DNA from: Balanoglossus misakiensis
Taxonomy: Eukaryota; Animalia; Hemichordata
NCBI GenBank assembly: GCA_040954595.2
Contig: CM082577.2
Location: forward strand, 14,763,903 to 14,827,902
Reading direction: 5' to 3'
Length of the DNA stretch: 64,000 bases
Position 1 is the stretch's first letter. Each line of letters begins with the position of its first letter. A program made the translations under genes and the position numbers. Under the pieces are notes generated by a model, which was not told where the DNA came from, made no database searches, and saw nothing but the letters and a program-made list of their open reading frames with translations. Shown one piece after another: positions 1-13,366 of this stretch.

Positions 1-3000
1 TTCATTTTTTGGTACAAGCTGGGAACAAGTTGTTTTTGGATATTTCGAATACGCTGATTTCGAATTTGCCTGTTCCCCAAAATTTTTTTCACGTTTTCAT
101 GTCGAAAATGGCAAATTAATTTGTGACGTCATAATTTAGAAATACCTAAAAGAAAACGCTGTTTGTAGCCATTATGGTGCAATATCACAGGTCAACACGA
201 TAATAGTCTATTGAAATCATATTCTTATATCATTTAAATATTTTTACACAATTTTTTTAATTTAGAAACATTTGGTGAATTGGTAAAAATGCTAATTTAT
301 GTTAATTAGGTGACACGCCCATCTAAAATCAATGGTCTACAAAAGAGAGCCAACGGTGTTAAGTGAGGTGTCTATTCCAATGTTTTCAGGGTCAAGGAAT
401 TCAAATATGCAATCGTTTACCTTGTCAGACAAGGTGCAGCATGGAAAATATGCAAAATTAGCTTAATTAGTCATGATGTCATGCTAAAATTGACAACTGA
501 AAGCTAATGATACAACTCTGGCCTGTGAGGTGTCTATTCACATGTTTTTTGGCAAATGTTTGCATTTTAATGAATAACTGAAATGAAACTTTTCATATTT
601 GTATGTACATGTAATAGCATGTAAAAAACAACAAAAACAAACAAATAAACATACACAACGAGGATTTAGTTTAGACTGTACATGCTCGTTGGTAACATCG
701 TGACCGATCGCTCCGTTAAAAAACACCAGAACATTGAACGTATGAACGTTTAGGTCCACAATTCACAAGTTATTGAACTATGAATGTATGTTCAATGTTG
801 TGAAAAGCCAAAAACATAATTTTTGCCAACAAAACTGGCATTTGTTAACGTACAAGTTGTTCATTAATAGCGAAAGCATCGTATGGCCACACTCACATTA
901 TGCCAGCACCGTATATTCATGCTTAGTTATAAGACGTTGAATGCACACTGATGGCCCGACGTCCTCGGTGTTTTTTTGAAACCTGGTCTCTAACAACAAT
1001 TTCTCTTCATAAGTAAAGAGTAATGTGTATTTTTATTACGTTTTTATATATGATACTGCGTGCAAAGTGAACATTGTGTCAGTGAGGCAACATATATACA
1101 TGTATGTTTAATCCACTTGGGTGTCGTACTTGGCTCAGATGTGCGTTAATGTGTACTAAACAAATTCAGATAGCGAGCCACAATATCTGTTGATGAGTTT
1201 CCATGGCAACCATTTTTTCATTTTTTTTCAAAATGGCCGCCAATACAGATAATCTCACCCACAAAATAACAATTATAAAACACCACAATAAATTCATATT
1301 ACAATATTTGAAACAAGAAACTGCTCAAAGAGTAATTTTCAAAATATATATCATCACTAAACTAGTTATAGGGGTAAATACAGGATCGAGATTCAGTCGC
1401 TAAAGAAATTAAAGTTTGGTAATAACCCCGGTTACAACAAACTTAGTTAAAACACTGTATAACCATATATATATTATAATAGTGGCCTGGCATAAACACA
1501 ATTTTCGTAACATTTGGGCATTTTGTGATAAAAGTTTAACAAGTAAAGCTCAGTTGATTCGTTATTTTCCCCATAAAAATATCTTTGATGAACAAAATTC
1601 CAAATTTAGTCAACCCAGGAAAAAACGGCATCTTGTTTCTCAACCTTATAAATTGATCTGACCAGTTTCAATCAGTGCAGAATCCAGCTTTTCTATTTTA
1701 TCTTCATCAAATGATTCATGCAAATAAAGAATCACTTCCCCATAAAATGATGGCAGAAAGCAAGTATCATGACAGTCGATTGGTTTGTTAAAGTTACTAT
1801 AGAAACAAACTATGTCTAGGGTGCATGTACATAGATAGATGTTAGGAATCAAAATCAAAATCTGTTTCAAACTTTTCATCCAATACTTGTCCTTCGGAAA
1901 GCGTTTTGATGAAGTCGCTTGAAGTGCTTTGTATTGCTCATGTTATCGATAATTTTAATCGCACCTTGATGATAGTCAGCAGTTCTATTTTGACATGTTA
2001 TTTTGTGTATTTTTGAACCCCCAAAATCAAAGAATAAAATGATAAAGTGAAAATAAGCTTCAAAACACCAAAGGTCTTCAGGATCACAGCTTTTCTGTAA
2101 AGAGTAAGATTTCGCTTACTTCATGCTATTAAATGAAATGAAGTTTTCCGTAATATCTCTTGCAAAGTCAGATCTTTACACATTGAGATATTAGAATGGA
2201 AGTACATTCCAAGTGACTTGTTGGGAGCCTTGGGGCACCTAATCCCAGAAAATTGCAATAAGACCTGTTTTTCCATTTACCAAACTAAAGGCCAACTGCT
2301 TGTATATTTAGTTGGGTTTCTATAATTAACACACATTTTTGACAATATTTATGGCATGATGGACACTATTCTCGACAAATAAAATAATGTTGTGTCCTCC
2401 GGTGTAATTTTTATGAGTTTGGAATCATAGACACCATTTATCTTTTGGTCAACTCTGTTAACAGTCGCCAAAATTGCTGGAGTGGAACTGATACATGATC
2501 TAAAGTATCAAGACATATGGTCGATTATTAACGTTTCAGCAATTTGACTTAAGTTTCTTTAATTTCCTATGGCATTTTGAAAAACATCAACGCCCCGAAA
2601 AAACGTTGTCAACGCTGCGGTGGCGATTGTGGTCGAAACAAAGCCGCGTGGTTCGTTACCCGGGGTCCATTTAGATTGCATTGCGTTTGAGGCCCTATGT
2701 CTGTCGACCAATAAACGTGACGACCGCGGACTCAGTTTGGATCAACGTCTATTTCGGGCAGTGGACTCTCCTATCAAGTTGATAAGGAAATTTTACCAGT
2801 CACGAGTAAGCCAAGCCCACATCCGTGTGCAATTCGAATATATCGGTGATCTGTTTATATGATTATCATTAGCTAAGGTGGTAAACTGTTGTGATTCATA
2901 TGTGTAATTTACGTACTGCAAGTTAAATATCGCAATTAGCCTAATGTTTGACCATAGACAGTATGGTTTGACTTCGAGGAGCACCTATTAATCCGAAAGG

Positions 3001-3880
3001 GATTAAAAGTTGTGCCTTTAAATTGTGTTTTGATAACTTACTTACCCCTATAAGTAGTTTAGTAACCATAATATCTTTGCAAATTATTCTTTCCACAGTT
3101 CCTTGTATCAAATATAGTAATCTAAATTTATTTTGGTGTTTACAGATGTTATTTGGTGGGTGAAATTATCTGTATTGGTGGCCATTTTGAAAAATTGGTT
3201 GCCATGGAAACTCATCAACATATATTTAGTGGCTCCCTATCTGAATTTTTTTAGTACACATTAACACACATCTGAGCCAAGTTTGGTGCTTATATCACAA
3301 AATGCACAATCGCTATGAAAATTAGGGTTTGGCCGCTCCACTACAGGGCTTTAGACGGCCATATTGAATTGCCACATCGAGGCTCTTATCTCAAAATGAA
3401 CTTCACACTTGAAGTGTTGTTTTGAACAAGGTTTAAGTCCTTTATTAAAATAAAGAAAAGGTAATTTTTTTCCAATGATTGTGAGTTTTTAGTACATGTA
3501 CTGTTACACCTAGCTTTATTATTATTTGTTAGCCAAAAATCAACGAATTATTCATACAATATGCAAATTTGTGCATAATTATTGTTTTATTGTTGCTAGT
3601 TTGTGTTTATACAACCAAAAACGTTGTTGTTGTAAACATGTATTTTATTTTCATTGTTTAAGGAGGTACGTGAACATTTCTTTGATGCTATTCATGTGAG
3701 AATTGCGATCCTTGGCGGCCATATTTGATTTGCCAAAACGAGGCTCTTATCTCAAAAAGATCTTTTGGGAACAGGCATTTTCGAAATCAGCGTAGTCGAA
3801 TTGACCAAAAAACATATTTGGTTTGCTTGTACCAAAAAATGCCAGAGGGGGTCACAATTTCTCAAATCTCCACCTGACTA
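1..3880. mobile_element. Academ-like non-autonomous element with long TIRs (left end lies before the window); apparently inserted into the Zator ORF
   Basis: Bases 1-80 are an imperfect reverse complement of ~3765-3841. The right terminus ends ...CACCTGACTA (5'-TAG terminus), and the Zator-like reading frame (NWDTARQ...) follows directly. The TSD cannot be checked. Confidence 0.55.
1128..3343. mobile_element. Nested Academ-like non-autonomous element (left tip truncated)
   Basis: ~250-bp imperfect inverted repeat, 1128-1379 vs ~3043-3282. The right end is ...GGCCGCTCCACTA (TAGTGGAGCGGCC terminus). Confidence 0.55.
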
Positions 3881-6226
3881 ACTGGGATACAGCTAGACAG
3901 CGTTTCAGTCGTCCGATCGACATCAAGGACACCACAGTGATACAGGTTCGGGTGAGAAAGAAGCAAACATCGGAACCTGTAGAGGTCAGCCCAGGTTTAT
4001 CAGTCTGTAGTTTTTGCCGAAAGTTTGGTTCATATGTGCCTTTTAATTTGAAACAAAAGGCAGCCCCATCATGTGCGCAAAGGAATGCCTTTGATTTACT
4101 GCTTGAAAGTGCAAGGAAAACAAGTCTGAAATATCCGCCCAAATTTGGGGGTGACGAGGTGAAGCGTGGAGACTGGCGATTGCGCAATGATTTCATTTGG
4201 TTGATGGAGAGGAGAGGTGCTGGGTTTACGGATGGTCAGGAGGAAACTACTGGCAAGATTTTTGTCAGTAATGTCACCAGTGTTTTGTTCTCGCTTATGC
4301 CCCATATGTCTAAACTTGAAGGCAGAGGCTTCAAGTTACCCAACCTGTTTGATGTTTTCTTTCAAGACAAAACCAGTTTCCAACAGGACTATAACAATCC
4401 ATCAGAGCATAAACATTACCCGAGACTTAAAATGCAAGATCTTGAACAAAAAAGGCAACTTCTGTATACTGTTATGGTGTACCCATTCCTAAAACTGCCC
4501 AGAATTAAGGAATTTGATGAGGCCATACAGGTGCTATGCAATGGTATTGACATGTATATGAAAAACCTACAAGAAACTGGTGAGAGGGTCAACACGATTC
4601 ATCAACAGCCATTCCCTCAGAGAGAACCATCTGATGGTAAATCTACCAACTTGAAACACATCAAAGGCCAGATACGAAACCGCGATGCAATACTGCAGTA
4701 TAAGAAATTAGAAGGTTGTTTACAGGAGAAAGGAATGTATGAGCCCATGTCACTGAATGAAATCATGCCAGTGGATCGACATCTTCGATACAGATATGTG
4801 CATAACTTGGTCCTCTCTTTTGACATAGAGCTGTATGGTTATCATACAGGTGGTCAATATGGCAGTATGTGGTTTGTTTGGAAATCAATGCCAGCTGTTG
4901 ATATGGAAAAGTCTAACAAGGTCATAAATGAAATAGGTAAAAACCTACCAGTGTATCACACAAGGGCTATGAAGCAGGAATTCATGTCACGGTTTTCCCT
5001 TGTTGCAAAGGTCAGTCCATCTATTCTCAATGAAATGTACTACTTTCTCACTGGTGACCATTCTGTCGCTCCTAATGACACCTCAAAGGCTGTGAGGGAG
5101 CGACTGAATGTAATGTTGGATGGGAATGATCCAGATATTGTTGTTGATATGCGACAAGTAAATGAAGGCAGGCCATCAGTGTTTGACTCAGGTTTTGGGC
5201 TGAGGTGGACAAATTGCTTGAGGAGGAGGCTTCCCAGGCTGTTGATGACAGGCGACATGGCACAGTGTGTTTTACAAGTACAGCCATGTCGGTACCAGAT
5301 CTGCTTCAGAAGGTAACAAGTAGATTGCCTTCAGGGGTTCCAATACCATCTGAAAAATGGTTATATTTACAGTTCATGCCAAAAAACCCATTCCTGAAAT
5401 CAGCTGTTCAGTACACTGGCAAATTTCCTTTGAAATTTAAAGTGCAGTCTCGACAGTACAATATGACACATCAAAATGTGTATTATGCCAGTGCAATTTT
5501 CAAGTACTTGAGGGAGTTCTGTGTGAAGTTCCGTGATCATACCGTGCTCTTGTGTGTTGATGACAAAAACCAGATACCAGTGGGAGAACCCGGAGTGCCT
5601 TTAGCAGCTGTTGGGAGAGGCAAACGGACGGTGGTGCAATCCGAAATTCCACTAATTGCTTCAGATCATGATATGAACACCAAATGCAAGATCACCCCTT
5701 CAACAATCATTGTCAATGACATCCCTCATTCGGTTGATGAATCATTCTACAGGGGCCAAGTTGTTGAAATACTCAAAGACTCCATATTTGAGCCATCATC
5801 TCCACTTAGACATGCGGCTGAAATGAGGAAGGCAGTATCAACAGAGGGAAAACTTCACCTTCCCATAAGAGCAATATATTCAGATGGGGGATCAGATCAC
5901 AGAGTGTCTTACCCATCAGTTCAGGTATCACTGATTGGCCTATTTCTCTTGGATGATCTGGATTTCCTTGTTGCTGCTAGATGTGCACCTCATCAGTCCT
6001 ACACAAACCCCCCAGAGCGATGGCATGCTGTTATGAACTTAGCATTGCAGTCTGTTGCCATACAGTGCACTGCTATGAAAAAGCTCTATCTTCAGCAGTT
6101 ACAATGAAGCAAATACGGATTCTTGGTGACAAGAGACCACAACTGAAAGATGCACTCATGGCCAGTACAAATAGTGTCACACTTGCATTGAATGAGCTAC
6201 TGGGCCGACTGAAGTTGAAGGGGATA

Positions 6227-9200
6227 CTGTGCTCTCGCTGTCGCTCGTAATGCTCGTAAATTACGAACAAAATTGGAAATTTACGAAAATAAATAAGTGC
6301 ATGATCGGGAATTTACGAACAACTTTGTTAGTTTTGAAGCCCGATTTTCGGTACTAATTTTCAGTTGGAAATTGAACATCGCGTCTCAATTGCTGGTCGA
6401 CGGGCGATCGCGACGATTGAGGGAGAAAATCCTACAGTCAGGTGATTAGTAGCCTTTGACCCGGGTTATAATGAGCATGCGCTGAAAGGTTTCAATATCC
6501 CCGTACCGTTCACTGCTGTGAACGTATCACGTGTTTCAAGGTTGTTTCGAGACACCCTAAATCGTCACGTGCTGCAAACTTTTTCATTAGCATCAAAATT
6601 GAAAATGGCAGGTCGGCCAGTTGGCGTGTCGGGGGGATCAAAACGGGCAAGGACAGTGATGAATACGTTAGATGTATACTGGAAGAAACCAGAGGAAAAT
6701 GCAACCGACGCGGAAAAACAAGTAACTGAAGAAACTGTTGAAAAAAAGAGAAAGAGGGCTGAACGATGTAGCGCGAAATTCTTGCCTGAGTGGAAGGTGA
6801 GTTGGTCTATCATATTTTGTCGTATGTGAGCTGCGTATGATTTTTTCCTGATCGGCAAATTTGAACTAATTAATAAATAAAATTGGTTTTATTTTCCTAA
6901 AAAAATTTGTCTGAATCCGAACGGAAAAGTCGATTCCCTCGGAAAATTTGATTAGCTGAGGTTAGGTTTTATTGAGTGACTGGTGATACTGCAGTGCTCT
7001 AAAAGTACGTCATCAGAAAAATGTTATTCGGCAACTCTTTAAGCCATTTTGGGGGAAATCTACGGTAGCTCAAAAGAAAAAATAATGGTATGGGTCAGTC
7101 GAATTGGCATTTTTTGTCGCAGATTCTAAATATTTTAGTGTAATATGTTGTAATAGTGGGGTCGTTGACTGAAGAAACGTGAACTATCAAATGCTCTGAT
7201 GATTGATGGGCACAAGTCGGATACTGCCTGCACTGCTCATTTACATATCAATGTGTAAAACACCCATTTTCTGACTGGACACTAACAAATAATTTCACAC
7301 TTTTCTTTTCTAGGTGTGTTTCCCATGGCTTGAATATGATCACGATACAAAACTTATGAGCTGTAAATTGTGCAAAAAAGCTGGCTATAAAAATTCTTTC
7401 ACTAGTCCTGGGTGCCAAAATCTCCTGAAAGATAACTGTAAAAAGCATGCTATGATTGGTGACCATAAAGCTGCAGCTGATGCCCAGGTTTATGCTCCTG
7501 CCTTTCAAGATGTGGTTTCAAATGCTTACAGTAAAGAAGAAGCAACTGTGAAGGCTGCCATGACCAACATTTACTATATGGCAAAGAAAAACTGCCCAAA
7601 TGATCATTTCAGGGACCTGAACTGGCTGACCATGTTGCAGGTATGATTTCTCTGTAAAACAATTTTTAGATTGAATGCATACATTCAAAACTATAAAAAA
7701 TTGCTGATAAAATTTCTACAATGTAATGCAAACACTGCTGATGTAAATAAAATATGGATCAAATTTTGATATATTTTATTGTCATTTTCTTGTTGATAGG
7801 GTTGTGAAGACCTGAAGGGACTCAAGGTTGATGCACATACAAGTTATGAGCACCCTAATTCTATTCACAGCTTCCAAGAAGCCATGAAACTGGTCGTAGA
7901 TGAAGAAATGGTGTTGGAGCTTCAGCAGTCGGACTTCTTTGCTGTACTGACTGATGAGATGGCAGATATAGCCATGGATAAAACTGTTATCATTTATTTG
8001 AGATATCTTGTAGATGGCATGATTAAAGTTCGATTTTTTGAGGTTGTAGGCTTAGATGGGACTTCAGCTGATGACATTTATAACACAATTGTCAGTGTCT
8101 TGGTGGGGAAGGGCTTGGATCTGAGTAAAATGTGTGCTGTTGCCACAGATGGTGCCAGTGTTATGACAGGGAAGCACAAAGGTGTCACAACGTTACTAAA
8201 GCAGGACAATCCATTTATTATACGAACACATTGTATTGCTCATAGACTTGCCCTTGCAGCTGCTCAAGCGTCACATGCTATACCATATCTGGACAAATTT
8301 GGAGACAAACTTAACCAAATTTATAATTACTTTCACTACTCCACCAAACACAAATCAAAGCTTGCTAAGATCTACTCTGTGTTGAATATTGAAATGAGGC
8401 GACAATTTGTGCGTCCCTGTGATACCAGGTGGCTATCTGTTGGCGGTGCAGTTGAAGCTGTTTTGGCTAATCTTAATCCTCTCATAATGTGTCTATCAGA
8501 TGATGCCTACCCCCACAGTGGAACTGGTGATCCCACTGCTGTTGGGTTGTTTAAATATGTCACCACATACCAGTTTCTTGCAACTTTACATTTCATGTCA
8601 GATATTCTAAAGCAACTGAATTTCCTGAGTAAGACTTTCCAAAAGTCTGATAGTGATTGTTCAATTGTGTACTCACATGTTACAGCTAAAAGTGACACTT
8701 TCAAAAATATGAAAGAACATGCTGGTCAGAAATTACTTGAATTCCTAAATGTAGTACCCAGTGAACCAAATGAGTCTGGTAAATTTTACCTGAAGACATT
8801 TGAGATTGGCAAACCTGTTCAGCCATTGTTTGTTCCCACTCTCTCAGAAGGGGCAGAAGGCATTGCTATCAGTGACAATAAAAACTACAGGAAGTGGTTT
8901 CAGAGTAGCAGAGAAAAGTACATAGATAAATTAGTATCAAACCTCAGTGACAGATTTGATGATCTTGGTCTACTTGGTGCATTCAAAATTTTTGTGCCAA
9001 GTAGCCTTCCACCACCTTCTAGTGAGGAGTACAAAACATATGGCGAACAGGAGCTAGATGCATTGTGTGAGCACTATGGTTGTGAAAGAATCGGCAAAGA
9101 TGGCAAAATTTGTAAACCAGTCATTGATTCTTCAAGCTTGAAAGATGAATGGCCTGATGTTAAAGGTATATTGTCATGCAACTATAGAGGTATCCCCTAT

Positions 9201-10009
9201 CAGGCAACTTGGCAGCAGATACTGAACATGAATATTTTGAGCTCATATCCCAATGTAGCTGCTCTGGCAAAAATTAGTCTGACTGTACCAGTAAGTACTG
9301 CAGACTGTGAAAGGGGCTTTTCCCGTTACAATTTGATCAAGACCAAACTCAGGGCATCCCTTAAAGTATCATCTGTCAGTTGCCTTATGACTTTGGCTAT
9401 AGAGGCTCCACCTTTGAGAGAGATGCACACTTTCAGATTTAACAGGGCATTCCAAATGTGGAGTAAAATGAAAAATAGGAGACTTCTAATGAACAGAGGT
9501 CACTCTGGTAGAGTTGCCACCGGTGGTGCTACTGCAGTTGATGATAATGACCTGATCTGCAGATTGATCAAAAATGTCCATAGATTAGCCAAAATGGCAC
9601 ACTATTTGGGTGAGGATGACCCTGAGGAAGAAACTTAAACACATACAGTAAATTAATTAGTGTGTGACTGTCCATCATCCATGGCCCCTGTACTGTGATG
9701 TAATTGAGTTTTGCAATGTATATTGTACAATGTATATATGCATGTCAGAAATAGAGGGTTCAGTATGAATAAAAAAGAAAGGATGTGTGAAAAATCATGA
9801 GTTTGTTAATTTGTGTCTCAGTCTGATTGAATAGTGATCATGTTTTATTAAATTAATTTTGCCCATGATGAATTATGGAGTGCCAGTACTGTTTGTGAAA
9901 ATCTGGTGAGGGGGGGGGGGGGTGTTCAGGTACAATTTGTATTTACTAATTTTTTTCAAACCAAATTCGTAAATTTACTAACACTTTTGAAAAGCCAGGG
10001 AGAGCACAG
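6227..10009 (+). mobile_element. Full-length hAT DNA transposon with 5-bp TSD (hAT5-like)
   Basis: TIRs are CTGTGCTCTCGCTG (6227) and CAGGGAGAGCACAG (ends 10009). GGATA is duplicated at 6222-6226 and 10010-10014. Removing the element restores the host reading frame. Confidence 0.9.
6605..9638 (+). CDS. hAT transposase (ZNF862/C17orf113-like), 3 exons, ~785 aa, apparently intact
   Basis: Exons 6605-6796, 7314-7640 and 7800-9638 with phase-0 GT-AG introns splice in frame. Motifs: TTF-like zinc finger (FLPEWK-VCFPWL...CKLC), TDEMAD, ATDGASVM, HCIAHRLAL, TRWLS, STADCERGFS. Confidence 0.88.
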
Positions 10010-11644
10010 GGATACCATGCAAAGTTGGCCAGCCAGCAAATGAAACCCTAATAGATGAGGTGTGGCAAGCTGTTCTGAGACTTGATGATAGTATTCAACT
10101 TGACCAGCTGACAACCAAAGACATACAGTCTAAACCGGCTTTGATGAAGTTCATGGAGCACTGTACAACAAGCAGGAAGTATGTCTTCATGATAAAGAAG
10201 TGTGGAAAGGATGACTGCGATATCTGCAAACCACCTCGTCTACCAAAGGATGTGTTTCAACTACTTTGCCCTATCCCAGGTAATTAATTTATCTCAGTAG
10301 AGAAAAGTTTTTTTATAGTCAAGGCAGAGCACAATAATCTTTGTTGCTGTTTGGCTTCTGTTCTGTAAATCCAGTCATATGTTTTTTGTTAGATGTTTTC
10401 CTTGACAGTTTTAAATATATTCATAAAGTGTGAAAACAGTTATATTTGTCGTATTTTGTTTTCAAATATTTGATATTTAAAAGTCCTTTGTGATTTTCAG
10501 ATCCAGTTCCAACAGATGATGGTGAACATTACAGATCATTCAGCGAACTATATGGTACTGAGACCAGTGAGAAGTACTGTCCATCGCTTGCCAATGGTAG
10601 AAAACAAACTCTGCCAACAGAAAGAGAAGTTGGATTCAGGTTATCCGGCGAAACAGTTCGACATAAAGTAGACTGTTGCGAGTGTCAGAAACCAAGGTTT
10701 GTTGAAAGAATAAAATATTCATTTTCTGTGCTGGTCCTGTCACATCCCTGCGTTACACTCTATATACATGTACAGTGTTGAAATTTTTGCATCACTCTAA
10801 CCAAACTGATGCATTTTCGAATACTTTCTCCTTTTTTATCAGACTGATCTACTCTAGAAAGAAGCTGACCAGTGATGATATAGTCCAGTTGGAAATCTTC
10901 ATGGATAACTGTGATTATTCCTGTGGCAGCAATCTTATTCCTCCTGATCATCCATTCAAAGAGGTACTTGCTGGAGAAAGGGAGCATTGAGGGGGTGTAA
11001 GCAAAAGCAAATTCTACGGTGGTAGTTGTAGATCAGTAAAAAATAGGTGGTGGGACTAAAGTTGAATGAATTTATAACATTGGTGTTTCTTGCAGTACAA
11101 TCCTATTTTGAGATTGAAAATTATCATCTCACGGAGTGGCATATGAATCATACATTGTAGTGAAATGTTATCACTATACTCATGACCATGTTTTTATTTT
11201 GTTTGCATAATTTTCAAAAACATTTATTCACAGAAATGTTTCATCGTAAACAACCAAACTTGCCAGATGGAAGTTTCTCCGCATTACTATAGTGCCAGAT
11301 TGAAATATCCTGATGTTTGTTATGTTTGTGGAACGGGAAATTATCTCATCCCTATTACACCCGACATGAGGGAGCAGTACCAGTCTGTCCAGCCAGTCTG
11401 CAGAGCTTGCAAAGATGGTGGCCATGTAGAACGCACAAGAAAGAAATCTAAAACTAGCAAAAGAAAAGCAAATGTCGAATAAAAAAGCTACAAATGACAG
11501 TGTATTTTGCTCATGTATTGTAGTAGTGTGTCACACGACAACATATTGCACGAGAAAAACTGAAATAACGGCAAACTAATTTTGTGTAATTTTTTGTGTG
11601 TGTGTTTTTTGACCGCTTACCCTCGTACCTTTTAGAATTTTGAG

Positions 11645-11678
11645 TGGACGCAAAACAAAGAATTTACTTACTTTGGCC
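11645..11678. mobile_element. Right terminus of the Zator element
   Basis: ...GGACGCAAAACAAAGAATTTACTTACTTTGGCC followed by TTA. It resembles the TIR of the element at 39565-40893, and GG termini with a TWA target are typical of Zator. Confidence 0.65.
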
Positions 11679-11861
11679 TTAATAGTTTGAAAATGAAATA
11701 ATGCAAATAAAATATTATTACAGCAGATGTGTCACTTTTGTGGAATTATTATTTGGAATGCCCTTGAATCCCCTAACTCAGAGTATATGAGGATGAATGA
11801 ACAACACAATGTGTTCACATAATATAAATACTACAAATACTTATTATTAATACTAATATGT

Positions 11862-11950
11862 ATTACCTACTACTACTGCTACTAATAATAATAATAATAA
11901 TAGCAACAACAAAAACAACAACAATAATAATAATAATAATAATAATAATC
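11862..11950. repeat. Compound (ACT)/(AAT)/(AAC)n microsatellite
   Basis: Direct reading; it explains the poly-Leu ORF 11853..12383. Confidence 0.9.
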
Positions 11951-12027
11951 TAAATGCTTTTAAATGAGTGGGCTGGATTCGGTCGAGTCTTTCAAGCACA
12001 TGTTCAAAGCAAAGTGAAAGGGAAAAG

Positions 12028-12790
12028 ATGGAGGCGAGATGTGTGAATTGTGCGGACATTTTTGAAACCAAGTCAAGGGGATTCAAAAGACATTCTCTTG
12101 GAAAAAATATTTCAAGTTCTGAGAGTGTTGGTGATGCCCTAGAGCACCTTTTCTCCCCATTGACACCTCTTGGGAAAGGCAGGGCAGGAGTTCCGAAATT
12201 CCTGTGTAAGGTTTGTTTCTTGCTGCTACAAAAAGCTAGAAACAAGCTGAAAGAGAGTGGGGCAGCAGAAACACAATTCCAAATTCGGAATAAAGAAGGC
12301 ACATATTTATATGCAAAAAGAAAAAGAAAGACACCAACCCGAACACCAAGATCAGTGAAGAAAAAAAAAATCAGATGAGTCACATACAGAAGTACGGAAT
12401 CCTAAGGTCAGTACAGAAGCAATTTTATCTTAAATACATGTACTATGAAGTAAGTTTGTCAGTGGTTATATCATTCTAAATATATTATAAGATTATGATA
12501 AATTTGCATAAAAAATTATATGATGTTAATATTTAATAAAGGCAGAGAGGCTCATGTGTCTCTTCATAATGTGTCTATAAATTTCATAAATGCATGCAAG
12601 TTATTAAATGTCTTTGTGTATTTTGTATCACATACATCTATCATGGATTGACATTTGTAGTTATACCTAAGTTAGAAATATTATTCACTATATTTCAAGT
12701 TCCTGCTATATTGTCTTTTGTACAGAACACATCATTTGTTAGCACACTGGTAAAAGCCATTCAGCGATATGATTACAAGACAGCTTAAAA
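12028..12790 (+). pseudogene. Fragment with ZAD-like CxxC...CxxC zinc finger and basic tract, probably a transposon N-terminal exon
   Basis: MEARCVNC...FLCKVC followed by KRKRKTPTRTPR; a possible further exon lies at ~12700-12790. Confidence 0.35.
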
Positions 12791-13366
12791 CTTCATGTAC
12801 AAAAGAAGTGCACGGGCCCGGAGGTTGATTTGGAACCTAGTCTGTAACAAGGTTTGTTATAAATTACTAGAATTATAAGTGTGTGTGCAGATAGACCATG
12901 AGCCAGTATAGGTTTACCTCCCCCCCTGGGGGAATTTTTGAGACAATGTTTTTCTGAAAGCCTATCATATACTGAGTAAAATTCACTTTGTTTGCCATCT
13001 GGGCACCGGGGCGTTTTCGAGTTATTGGCTTCTAAATTATATTGGGTAACGTATGTAGGAAAGCCTAAAAGTGCATATAAATTGACGTAGGGGGGTAAAT
13101 TAGTCTTGTAAAATACTGTCTCTCTGAATGTATACCTAGAACAACAGGGAAGTATTTGGTATCAAAAGAAGGCTTAATAAACAAGCTTTCCATTAATTAC
13201 AAAATAAAAGTGATATGACAAATCATGACATCATAGTGATGTCATAAGTCAAAATACCCTTACGAAAATGGTGTTCTGTTCACCTATAAATGTGAGGTTT
13301 TGCAAAACATATCTCTGTGTATGAAAGCCCGTTCATGCCATTTTGTGAAGCAAGAAATAAGAATTT

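Larger units (their letters stand above)
3881..11482 (+). pseudogene. Zator-type (TP36/ISAzo13-related) DDE transposase with Cys-rich C-terminus; frameshifted and interrupted by the hAT element
   Basis: Motifs CVDDKNQIPVG, SDHD, YSDGGSDH and APHQSYTNPPERW parallel the TP36/Zator core. Frameshifts at ~5200 and ~6080. The frame rejoins across the hAT insertion (LKLKGI|PCKVGQPANETLIDEVWQ). 3' exons 10010-10279, 10501-10696, 10843-10963 and 11234-11482 have GT-AG borders. Confidence 0.75.

Noticed and set aside
11853-12383. 176-aa minus-strand ORF with poly-Leu, resembling a membrane protein
   Set aside because: The hydrophobic tract is a microsatellite; the rest is antisense to the plus-strand zinc-finger fragment.
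12899-13319. GAGCCAGTATAGG as a Sola2/3-type terminus
   Set aside because: No partner TIR or TSD was found in the window.
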